Virus record (IMG/VR): IMGVR_UViG_3300050505_000421 | Location: 90,579 to 137,073 of that record | Strand: one strand, 5' to 3' | Origin: a virus | Length of the DNA: 46,495 nt | Shown here: in pieces, positions 36,952 through 44,883 of the stretch | How the letters are laid out: each line of letters starts with the position of its first letter | Position numbering within the stretch: the first letter of the stretch is position 1 | Translations under genes and position numbers: made by a program | Notes under the pieces: generated by a model | The model's input: only the letters and a program-made list of their open reading frames with translations | Database searches by the model: none | Told to the model about the DNA's origin: nothing

Positions 36952-37642
36952 GGTCGAAGTACGGGGACCAACTGCTTGGTCCGTGTGTGTCGGGGATGGG
37001 TTCCATAACACGCGCGCTGAATACCACTGCGTGCTCTACATTCCAAGCCCGGATATAAGCATCAACTTCATGACGAGGACCAACGGTGGGTAAACGTTGG
37101 CAACGGCGACTCCAGAGTTCCGTCGTTAAACCCATTCCAACTCGAGTGACCACCAGTTCGTACTCCCCGTCGGGCGGACCATAGACACTGATGTGAACAC
37201 CTACGTTGTCACGACCAGGCCGAACCTGTTCGACTGTTATCGCCCACCCCTTCTCAAACAACTCCACTGAGGTTAAGCCGGGCGCCACTCGTGTTAGATC
37301 ACTCAACGTATAGCAAAGTTGATTGGTAACAGGTGCGGTGGGAAGCGGCAATTGATCAATGATCGCAGGCTCTGGCCCCTCCGGAACGAGCGAGACTGAG
37401 AGGCCGCGGTCTACTTCGATAGCCTTTACGCCTGATAACTTCGGTCGCCGCGCCAATGAATCCCGCAACCAATCCAAGTTGGCTTGCGTGACTTCCCGCT
37501 GCTCGAGGAGCTTGACGATCGAGAGCGCGTGCTCCGGCTCGATCCCATCGATGGTCAACACGTTCTGCTTGAACGTGATCTTGATCGGCGCGGCGCTCTC
37601 GTCCCCTTTGACAACGAGCTCAAGATTCCGCAGATCGATCAT
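36938..37642 (-). CDS. Hypothetical protein
   Basis: GGAGG SD; converges on terL. Confidence 0.6.
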   Translation of the reverse strand: MIDLRNLELVVKGDESAAPIKITFKQNVLTIDGIEPEHALSIVKLLEQREVTQANLDWLRDSLARRPKLSGVKAIEVDRGLSVSLVPEGPEPAIIDQLPLPTAPVTNQLCYTLSDLTRVAPGLTSVELFEKGWAITVEQVRPGRDNVGVHISVYGPPDGEYELVVTRVGMGLTTELWSRRCQRLPTVGPRHEVDAYIRAWNVEHAVVFSARVMEPIPDTHGPSSWSPYFDLTRQ

Positions 37643-37686
37643 GTGCCTCCAGACTGCCCATCGCCAAACACAAGGAAGAAAGGACG

Positions 37687-38244
37687 TCAGCCTTTCTTAA
37701 GGCGCTGGTGGATTCGGTAGAAACGAACTGCCTCAGCGACAAACTGCGGCGTGAGTTCCTGTAGGTTGGCGACGTCCGAAGGACGAGGCTCATCGTTGAA
37801 CGAGTGCCAGAAGCTGGTGTCTGTGAGCACGTACGTGCGTGGCTCCACGGCATGAGGCGGTTCCAAGATGCCGGGCTGTGCTGCGTACCAACCCACATAG
37901 AGACGGAAGCACAGGGGGCACTCGAGCTGGTACCAGCGGTACCGTTCGCCTTCCGGAACGAACTCGTACCGGGCCATCAACTCCTCGGTGTAACCAACCT
38001 TCCAAGAAGAACTAAGGCAGCTTCCGTCTGGGCTACGCCACATGAAGTGTGGTGTGCCGTTGATGTGGTCCATGAAGCCGTGCCCGTAGCCGAAACCCTG
38101 GTTCGTCTTGTCGCGTTTGCATTCGATCGCGGCGAAGTACTCATCGAGTGTCAGCAGGCCCTTCTGCGTCGCGGGCAGGAACTGCTCTGGTTGGAACGAC
38201 CACAGTTTGCAGTCACACGTAGTCGAAAGTCTGTTGCAACTCAT
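37687..38244 (-). CDS. Hypothetical protein (CPLC...Y.GW...DTSF.HSFNDEP)
   Basis: ATGA overlap start at 38244. Confidence 0.6.
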   Translation of the reverse strand: MSCNRLSTTCDCKLWSFQPEQFLPATQKGLLTLDEYFAAIECKRDKTNQGFGYGHGFMDHINGTPHFMWRSPDGSCLSSSWKVGYTEELMARYEFVPEGERYRWYQLECPLCFRLYVGWYAAQPGILEPPHAVEPRTYVLTDTSFWHSFNDEPRPSDVANLQELTPQFVAEAVRFYRIHQRLKKG

Positions 38245-38519
38245 CGTGAAACCTTCTTCTTTCGTTCGCGATTCACCATCTCTGTGAGATAAGGGCGCAC
38301 CCACGTATCCAAGAACAGTTTCGTCCGCTTCGCGATGAAGGCCGTTACATCTTCTTCCCTCTTAGGCAGGCGGGCCGCTGATGTGGGCGCAACCGATCTC
38401 CAAACAGAGAAGTCCACGTTGCCGGACTCCCAATCTAGGAACCGCAAGACCTTACGCAGTGTGAGTTCGTCCGACTTGGCCAACGGTGTTGTTGCCCTGT
38501 AGTTCCTGCCGCGGCTCAT
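38241..38519 (-). CDS. Hypothetical protein
   Basis: ATGA overlap; part of the packed run. Confidence 0.55.
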   Translation of the reverse strand: MSRGRNYRATTPLAKSDELTLRKVLRFLDWESGNVDFSVWRSVAPTSAARLPKREEDVTAFIAKRTKLFLDTWVRPYLTEMVNRERKKKVSR

Positions 38520-39208
38520 CCCAGCACCTCCTTCACACGCTTGGTCATCGCGCCGTGAGCTGCGAATGCGATGACGGCGCGCTGCGCCAAGAGCTTGTCA
38601 TCGCGGAAGCAAAGTCCGCAGTCAACGCAATTCACGCCCCGCGTTTGTTCGACACACGGGATCACCTTCACGCCGTCGACCTCGTAGGCCCTGCCATCGG
38701 CCGGGTGCTCCTTCACTACAAGGGCAGCGGCGTAGCCGCGGTCCATCGCTGCCTTCGCGTCCTCAAGGTTCTCGGTGGAGGCGAGGATTGACACCGGACC
38801 CCAACTCGCGCGGTCCACGTCTCTGAAGGAGTGGGTGTAACTCCAAACTTCTTGGCCTCCCCGCAGGATGTAACGCGCGGCTGCGTCACCGAGCTCACGG
38901 GCGGCGGCATTCGTTCGTGCGTCACCGGAGACATGGAGGCGTAGCGGCAGGTCGCCAGGTAGGCGATCGATACCGATCGCCTCGGCCTTGGCAACCTCAA
39001 GGGCTGTTGCGTTCTCCGAGGCCTCCTCAATGCGGCGATTGTGGAGGGCTGTATTACCAGCCGCCGCGTAACATCCGTTCCCGAGAAACGGGCAGTTGCG
39101 AGGGCACGACTGTTCGATAGGCGCGTAGGTGGCCGCCACCTTGCCCACCTTGCCGTTGTTGGATTCGGGCACCACAATAGCGGCTGCCCGACCGAAAGAG
39201 GTCTGCAT
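38516..39208 (-). CDS. Cys-rich Fe-S/radical-SAM-like phage protein (gp88-like)
   Basis: SCPRNCPF...GCYA, RLHVSGD, WSYTH, ASTE, PC...CVDCGLC. The dispersed motif serves as its RBS. Confidence 0.6.
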   Translation of the reverse strand: MQTSFGRAAAIVVPESNNGKVGKVAATYAPIEQSCPRNCPFLGNGCYAAAGNTALHNRRIEEASENATALEVAKAEAIGIDRLPGDLPLRLHVSGDARTNAAARELGDAAARYILRGGQEVWSYTHSFRDVDRASWGPVSILASTENLEDAKAAMDRGYAAALVVKEHPADGRAYEVDGVKVIPCVEQTRGVNCVDCGLCFRDDKLLAQRAVIAFAAHGAMTKRVKEVLG

Positions 39209-39254
39209 CTTTCTTCCTTGTGTTTGGTTTGAGACCGGTTGATCAGAAACTAGA

Positions 39255-39329
39255 TGGAGCCCCCGGTAGGAATCGAACCTACAGCCCGTTCATTACAAAT
39301 GAACAGCTCTGCCATTGAGCTACAGGGGC
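39255..39329 (-). tRNA. tRNA-Thr(UGU)
   Basis: Canonical cloverleaf GCCCCUG...GUUCA-UUUGUAA-UGAAC...GUAGG-UUCGAUU-CCUAC-CGGGGGC-U-CCA. Confidence 0.93.
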
Positions 39330-39333
39330 GTGT

Positions 39334-40557
39334 CTACTTACGATTCGGATGCCGCATGCCCAAGTAGATCGGGCAGTCGGCTACGATGCCATACTTGCGA
39401 TTGAAGAAGGCCAAGCGCTGCGTCGGGTCACCTGTTGCAGCGAAGGACTCCTGCGCGTAGTCGTTGTCTGACTCCGTCGTCCCGTTGGCGAGGAGCACGC
39501 GGCGGTTCAGTACCATCGCGCCGTGCTGGTGGAAGTGCCCGAACCACAGGTAGTCCCACGCCTCCGGGATGGAGTCGATCCAGCCACTCGCTCGGGTTCT
39601 GAAGCCGTTGCCAAGGAAGGCCCCGCGGAACTGGTCGCCGTGAACGATAAGGTTGCCCCAATCGTACACGCGGTCAACGGCATACCAAGTCTTCCCGATG
39701 TCCTGGAAGGACAGACGCCGGGCGATCTCACTTCGGCCCGTCGAACCGCCCGGCACGTCGTCGCCCCCGAGGAGGCGGTACTTGAGCATCTCGTACGTGA
39801 CGTTGTCCCAGTTGCCTGGGGATCCGTCGTCGTCTCGGCCATGGTTACCGCGCACACAGAAGACCTGGATGCGTTGCACGACTTGGAGTAACTGCAACAC
39901 CACTTTGGCAAGCGAGGCTGATGCACCGTGAATCGCCTGCACGTACACCGGCGCGTCGATGCGGTAGGCTTGCCCCTTGAAGATCGTCTGTCCTTCGATG
40001 ATGTCGCCGCCGAGGTACAGGCGGAGCTCAGTGATCTTGGCGGCGCGCTTGCGCACGTCGATGATTCGCATGGCGTGCGCGGCTAACTGCAGGAGCCGCT
40101 CTCGAGCCACATCCGAACTGTAGGACTCCGTAACCTTCCCGTACTGCACGTCGCTGATGTGCAACACCGCGATCTCTTCCGCGTTGTCCTTGCCCACGCC
40201 GACGGCTGGCATTCGTGGCGGCGCTAAATCGATGAGGGGCAGTTCGTGGATGGCATCAATCACGGCCTGCGTGTCTACGTTCTGCCGGCGAATCAACGTT
40301 GAACGGTCCGCGGGCGCACGCTCCCTCAAGGGTTCCTTGTTGGACTGCCCGCAGTGGCCGCAGCCCTTCGATCGTCCTTGCCGCAGGGACGAACCGCGCA
40401 CGACGCGCTCTGTTCCGCAGTCACAGCGCGCGACCCAGTGGCCGCCGTGTTCGTGCCGTAGAACGGTCCAGAGCCCAAGCCGTTGTCCGACCATGTCGAT
40501 CGGTGCGTTCGGCGAACGAACTGGTTTTGTTTCCACTGCGAATGTTGTAGCACTCAC
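39334..40557 (-). CDS. Calcineurin-like metallophosphoesterase with an N-terminal CDCG Zn-ribbon of the type found on HNH/AP2 homing proteins
   Basis: N-terminal IDMVGQRLG.WTVL...W.ARCDCG......SSLRQG.SKGCG. Catalytic SDVQYG, GGDIIEG, GNHGR, HGD, GHFH. Confidence 0.8.
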   Translation of the reverse strand: MSATTFAVETKPVRSPNAPIDMVGQRLGLWTVLRHEHGGHWVARCDCGTERVVRGSSLRQGRSKGCGHCGQSNKEPLRERAPADRSTLIRRQNVDTQAVIDAIHELPLIDLAPPRMPAVGVGKDNAEEIAVLHISDVQYGKVTESYSSDVARERLLQLAAHAMRIIDVRKRAAKITELRLYLGGDIIEGQTIFKGQAYRIDAPVYVQAIHGASASLAKVVLQLLQVVQRIQVFCVRGNHGRDDDGSPGNWDNVTYEMLKYRLLGGDDVPGGSTGRSEIARRLSFQDIGKTWYAVDRVYDWGNLIVHGDQFRGAFLGNGFRTRASGWIDSIPEAWDYLWFGHFHQHGAMVLNRRVLLANGTTESDNDYAQESFAATGDPTQRLAFFNRKYGIVADCPIYLGMRHPNRK

Positions 40558-40585
40558 ATCTGCAGCCGGTCAACTTATCAACAGG

Positions 40586-41905
40586 CTACTGCTTCAAGGC
40601 GGTCAGCTTCTGCACGACGCACTTCCACAAGTACTCGAGGTTGGCCACGTGCTCGGCGGAGCCATCACAGCCGCCGGCGTGGGCCCGCTCGTGGATGAGC
40701 GTGGCCAGCGTTTCGTAGCGGTCCTGCAGGACTTTCCGCGAGAGGTCGATCTTCTTGAGTTCCGTGGTGTAAAGCCCCGCCCAGGTGGGAGACTTGAAGT
40801 CGACGACGTCTACGACGAAGTCCGTGGTATCCGCCTCGGTGAGGACGAGGGCCCACTCCAAGTTGGCGCGCTCACTCAGCGTCAATTCCGACACGGCATA
40901 GCGCTTTGCGACCTCGTTCCCGAGTTGCTCGCGCAGAGCCTTGAGGTCCCCCGTCCTTCGCTCGACGATCAAGCGCAGGGCCTGCGGCACTACCACACCC
41001 CGCCGCCCAAGATGCTCGACCTCGATCGACTCGCCTGTCGAAGACACAGGGAAGGCCGTCTCACCGAACTGCTTGTGGAAGTTCGCGGCCACCTTCTCGG
41101 CAATCGCAGGCTCGAGGTAGTAGACCTGCGTGCTGAACTCGGCCAGGTCCTTCTTCTCCTGCGAAACGGATAGGGCGTCGACGAAGGACTCGAACAGATC
41201 GGGGCGCGCGGCTACTGCTTCCCGCCAGATCGAACCCTGCGCCCAACCCTGGTCGAACCCGCGGATCATGTTGCGGTCTCGGTCGAGCTCGACGTTCTTG
41301 AAGTCGTACCCGTAGTCGAGCTTGGCGTCGTTGCAAACCCAGATGCCCTTGACGTAGAGGCGCCCCTTGTACTTCTCCGCGAGAAGCAGGTCCCCGTAGA
41401 TAGTGGATGCGTGCTCACTGCGCGCCGGCTTCTGAAGGAAGAGGAAGCGGGCGGCGAGCTCTCGCCACTCTACTTCTGTAACACCGCCGACCTCGACGCG
41501 AACGCGCTTCTTGTCCTCGCGTCCGCCCTGGATGTCGAAGACCAAGACATCGCAATCGAACTTGTCACTCCGCGCGATCGTTGGGCGCCAGACCTCTGTG
41601 CCGGAGCGGATGGTAACCGGGCGACCCGCCCGGACCAAGGAGAGGACGCCCAATTTCAGACCCTCGCCGAAGGCGCCGATCTGATCAGTCCGCCCTTCCT
41701 TTGTGGTGTGCCCGAAGAGCAACGCTTCTTTCGGAAGGACCGCACCTTCGTTCTCGATGCGCAGTGTCTGGTTGGACAGAGTGATCTTGAGCGGTGCGTT
41801 GAACTGCACTTCGGCGTCACGCCCGTTCTGGATCAGTTCGCGAATGCCCTCCCACGCGCCCCACTTGGGAAGATACGTCGTCTTGATCGAGAGCTCGAGT
41901 TTCAC
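40586..41905 (-). CDS. GHKL (Hsp90/MutL-type) ATPase with C-terminal HExxH motif
   Basis: IRELIQNGRD, ENEG, GHTTK, IGAFGEGLKLG; LIHERAH. GTG start with AAGGA SD. Confidence 0.8.
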   Translation of the reverse strand: MKLELSIKTTYLPKWGAWEGIRELIQNGRDAEVQFNAPLKITLSNQTLRIENEGAVLPKEALLFGHTTKEGRTDQIGAFGEGLKLGVLSLVRAGRPVTIRSGTEVWRPTIARSDKFDCDVLVFDIQGGREDKKRVRVEVGGVTEVEWRELAARFLFLQKPARSEHASTIYGDLLLAEKYKGRLYVKGIWVCNDAKLDYGYDFKNVELDRDRNMIRGFDQGWAQGSIWREAVAARPDLFESFVDALSVSQEKKDLAEFSTQVYYLEPAIAEKVAANFHKQFGETAFPVSSTGESIEVEHLGRRGVVVPQALRLIVERRTGDLKALREQLGNEVAKRYAVSELTLSERANLEWALVLTEADTTDFVVDVVDFKSPTWAGLYTTELKKIDLSRKVLQDRYETLATLIHERAHAGGCDGSAEHVANLEYLWKCVVQKLTALKQ

Positions 41906-42243
41906 TTGGTGACTTCCTTTCGAAGCAAGCAACTGGAACAAGTAGCCCAGGCATCTGCCGTCTTGAAGCTGCACCTGTGCTCGCAGCAGCGGCGACCACA
42001 ATCACGGCACTTGTAGTGCGGTATGCACCCAGGCAGATGACAACGCAGTAGGTCTTTCAACGGCTCTGTCTCCGCGACGCGATCGAACAATTCATTGATC
42101 GCAGCCTCGGCCAAACGCGCGTCGTGTGCTGCCACCGCCAATTGATAAGGCGTGTCGAGGACTCCATTTTGTTCGAGCATGACTGTGGCCGAAGTCAAAA
42201 GACAAATTGCCTCTGCCAGAAGTTCGGTTCTCGACTTCTTCAC
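41902..42243 (-). CDS. Hypothetical protein with Cys/His cluster
   Basis: CHLPGC...CRDC...CCEH...CSSC; GTGA overlaps. Confidence 0.5.
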   Translation of the reverse strand: MKKSRTELLAEAICLLTSATVMLEQNGVLDTPYQLAVAAHDARLAEAAINELFDRVAETEPLKDLLRCHLPGCIPHYKCRDCGRRCCEHRCSFKTADAWATCSSCLLRKEVTK

Positions 42244-42431
42244 GGCTTGTCCGTCTCCTCCGCGAGGCGATCAAGCAGTTCGTTCAAAGCTTCGACAGCG
42301 CGCTGGCAATCGTGTGCTGCCATCTCCAAGGCATCGACCGAATGCGCGGTTCTCTCTTCGTCGAGAATTGTTGCCGCAGAAGCCACAGCGGCCTTCGCCC
42401 ACACCATGAGATGGGCTTTCGTCCTTCTCAT
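42240..42431 (-). CDS. Small hypothetical protein, similar to the N-half of the next gene (NELxDRxAE)
   Basis: ATGA overlap. ALNELLDRLAEE resembles AINELFDRVAET in 41902..42243. Confidence 0.5.
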   Translation of the reverse strand: MRRTKAHLMVWAKAAVASAATILDEERTAHSVDALEMAAHDCQRAVEALNELLDRLAEETDKP

Positions 42432-42745
42432 GGTCGGCCCATCCGGCTACCGGCCTTGTTCGACCGCCCGCTCTCGGCTTCTTCCATCATCTTGATCTTG
42501 ACCTCCCGCTCCAACGTTTGCGCCGCCATCTCGGCGTACCAGTAGGCACGGCAGGAGAGGCACAGATTCTGTGCGTCGAACACGTCGAAACCGCGCCGCG
42601 TGTGATGGGTTGGAAACGGCTCGCGTGCTTCTTCTCGGGACATGCAGGGCGGAGACGGATTACTACCACGCACATCGTTGCAAGGTCCATCAAACAAGTC
42701 TTGCGCCAATGCCCGTGCAGCCTTGGCCTGTTCGTGAATCGTCAC
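42428..42745 (-). CDS. Hypothetical protein
   Basis: GGAGGAGG SD; part of the packed run. Confidence 0.55.
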   Translation of the reverse strand: MTIHEQAKAARALAQDLFDGPCNDVRGSNPSPPCMSREEAREPFPTHHTRRGFDVFDAQNLCLSCRAYWYAEMAAQTLEREVKIKMMEEAESGRSNKAGSRMGRP

Positions 42746-42924
42746 GATTTCACCTCCTCCGCTCGAACGCTCCGCGTCTTGTAATAGGACTCCGGGTGCC
42801 AGCCCAGAACGTCGGCCACGTCGCGGCTGCGCTGCATGTCAGCCTCGCTCATCGGACCGAAGCGAACCGCGACTTCCTCCGTGTCCTTGTGCACGACTTC
42901 GATGTACCAGAGGGTCTCACTCAT
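42742..42924 (-). CDS. Small hypothetical protein
   Basis: AAGGAG SD, ATG 42924 (MSETLWYIEVV). Confidence 0.55.
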   Translation of the reverse strand: MSETLWYIEVVHKDTEEVAVRFGPMSEADMQRSRDVADVLGWHPESYYKTRSVRAEEVKS

Positions 42925-43151
42925 TTCGTCTCCTTCGCCTTCCTCGGCATCAGATCGTAGTTGGCGAGCAACCGCGTCATGGCATCGACGAAGTCCGCTC
43001 CGTTGATTTCCTTGTCTGTGTTCCAGCAAGCCTCATCCTTATCCCAGTAGATCTCCCAAATGAGTTCGCTCACTACTTCCTCCAACCTTTCTCTCGACAT
43101 GGACCCGACAAGGCAGTCCACGTCCCACTCCGTCGGTGCGATGCGCGGCAT
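42921..43151 (-). CDS. Small hypothetical protein
   Basis: AAGGAG SD before ATG 43151. Confidence 0.6.
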   Translation of the reverse strand: MPRIAPTEWDVDCLVGSMSRERLEEVVSELIWEIYWDKDEACWNTDKEINGADFVDAMTRLLANYDLMPRKAKETK

Positions 43152-43180
43152 TGTTACAACTCCTTGGTAAAGGTTAGGAA

Positions 43181-43387
43181 CTACGAAGACGAGACAGGCA
43201 AAGACTCAATCTTGATCGTCGAGCCCGGCCAGACGGAACGCGCGACTTCGATCGCCCGCTCCTCGGAGATCACTTCGGCAACGAGGTTCTCGCCCCGCGT
43301 GATCTTCCACCGAAGACCGACGCCCTCCACTTCGATCGGACGAATGCGAATCACAATGTCATGCTCCTCGTGAAGGGCGCCGGTCAC
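43181..43387 (-). CDS. Small hypothetical protein
   Basis: Follows the upstream stop after 3 nt. Confidence 0.5.
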   Translation of the reverse strand: MTGALHEEHDIVIRIRPIEVEGVGLRWKITRGENLVAEVISEERAIEVARSVWPGSTIKIESLPVSSS

Positions 43388-43390
43388 GGC

Positions 43391-43723
43391 CTAGGCCCCG
43401 ACCTCGATGTCCAACTGCGTTACGTCCACCGTCTTGAGGACCTCCTTGTAACGATCCCCAAGAACCAACTGGACCTTCTCGTTGTCCACCGACGTCCGCG
43501 TATAGCGCTTGATGCGCGCTGCGGCACCCGGCACATCGAAGGCCGTGAGCTCAAGGCGCTTCATATTGCGCTTCACCTGCGTGCGTAGTTCATCCCGCCG
43601 CTTGTCCAGCGCGCGGAACGAACGCTCCAAGGCCGAGAGTTCAAGGAGCGCGGTGCGCGTCTCGTTCTCGATTCGAGTCTCGATCGGGTCCACTCCGGAA
43701 CCAGGCTGCTCGTGTGTACTCAT
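43391..43723 (-). CDS. Coiled-coil phage protein (weak Gp157/Gam-like pattern)
   Basis: AAGGA SD, ATG 43723; LERSFRALDKRRDELRTQVK...RTSVDNEKV. Confidence 0.55.
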   Translation of the reverse strand: MSTHEQPGSGVDPIETRIENETRTALLELSALERSFRALDKRRDELRTQVKRNMKRLELTAFDVPGAAARIKRYTRTSVDNEKVQLVLGDRYKEVLKTVDVTQLDIEVGA

Positions 43724-43760
43724 TGTCTCTGTCCTTCTCCAAGCAATGCTTGGGCTGTTA

Positions 43761-43809
43761 CTTCTTCCTTGTGTTTGCCCCGAAGTGAGGTCAACCACAA
43801 GGAAGAAAA
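43761..43809. repeat. Divergent inverted pair of the dispersed motif
   Basis: CTTCTTCCTTGTGTTTGC (43761-43778) and GTCAACCACAAGGAAGAAAA (43790-43809). Confidence 0.8.
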
Positions 43810-43813
43810 CGAA

Positions 43814-43963
43814 GAGGAGGAACCCCGCCTACGCCGTCGAGCGCGCTTCTGCCCTCGCTGGGGAACGGGGCGGCGTGCGCAGCCGCAGGCGATTCGGACG
43901 TGAAGACTGGAACGGGCCAACCGGAGAGAAGTCCCGAACCCATCCTCGGCGGAGTTCCTCCTC
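43814..43963 (-). ncRNA. Candidate structured RNA (~150 nt) with a 16-bp closing stem
   Basis: On the - strand GAGGAGGAACUCCGCC pairs fully with GGCGGGGUUCCUCCUC (one U-G; a C-A mismatch on +). Internal hairpins and a U-rich 3' flank. Confidence 0.45.
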
Positions 43964-44015
43964 AGATTCATCTTGGTATCTTTACGTATTGATTGGAGAC
44001 AGGCAAGAAGCGCGT

Positions 44016-44664
44016 TCAGGCTTTCTTCCAAGTGAACGCGGGTGCACCACTGTTCCAAGTTTTACCCGGCACGGGCACGCGCTGCCAACCCGCTGCCGTC
44101 ATCCAAGCGGCAACACTGCCAGGGGAGCACGCCCAAGACTCCCAGCGCTGTAGCCACGTAGCGGCTACTACCTTGAGGTCGCGGGCCCCGCACTTCCCGT
44201 TGCTGTATAAACTGGCGCGTCGCCCGTCCGCTGTTTCACGCACCGGCCGTCGTGCGCGCATCGTCGCGCGCCACCCGGAGCATTTGTAGACGTGGCCGGT
44301 GTGTCCCTGCCCTTCATCCGAGTACGTTATAAGGACTGGCCAGCGCGTGCGATCGATCAACGCCCGCATTTGAAAGCGCAGTGGCTTTGAGATGTGGCGT
44401 AGCCTGCGGCTCTCTTTTGGAACAGCGACCATCCGAGACAGGGCGAGGACAGCTGCTGGTTGCTCTGGGCAGACGGCCTTAGCCGCGCCGGGCGGGGGGG
44501 GGCTGCCATACAAACGCGGCGATGGGTCTACCGTCTTCGTAGACAGCGAAACAATACGTCATGCTCTGCCCGAGCGACTTGTACCCGTGGTACTGTTCGA
44601 ACAGCGGCAAGACTTCCACACGTTTGGCTGGACGAAGATCGAAGTTCGGTTTCCTGTTCTGCAA
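44016..44664 (-). CDS. Mom-like GNAT DNA-adenine modification protein, frameshifted at a C9 tract
   Basis: 5' half FEQYHGY...FAVYEDGRPIAAFVWQPPP; 3' half PGAAK...LALSRMV...ISK.L...LITYSDEGQGHTGHVYKCSGW. Removing one C from the run at 44494-44502 joins the halves. Confidence 0.75.
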
Positions 44665-44670
44665 GAAGGG

Positions 44671-44883
44671 CTAGCCTTGCCGGGCCTTATCGGCGTTGAG
44701 TCCGAACAGATAGCCATCGCCGTTTCCTTCTGGGTCGGCCCAGACTTCGACCTTGGTCCCGTCGTCGAGATCAAACCAAGGTTGACCGCCGGTATAACCG
44801 GCGGCGACGATGCGCCTTCCTTCGAGTTGTGCGTAGTACTTCTTCCAGAAGTCTTCTGCGGATTGCGGCTTCTTGTTCTTCAT
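44671..44883 (-). CDS. Small hypothetical protein
   Basis: ATGA overlap with the MTase stop; DPEGNGDGYLF motif. Confidence 0.6.
   Translation of the reverse strand: MKNKKPQSAEDFWKKYYAQLEGRRIVAAGYTGGQPWFDLDDGTKVEVWADPEGNGDGYLFGLNADKARQG

Noticed and set aside
39255-39329. tRNA-Thr as a prophage attachment site
   Set aside because: No integrase, no duplicated tRNA 3' end, and phage-type genes on both sides.
1225-43809. Dispersed motif as CRISPR repeats
   Set aside because: Copies are kilobases apart, in both orientations, with no regular spacers. The Cas4-like nuclease sits in a phage recombination module.
43814-43963. Retron msr-msd or DGR template
   Set aside because: The closing inverted repeat is suggestive, but there is no reverse transcriptase and I saw no adenine-specific TR/VR pair in the window.
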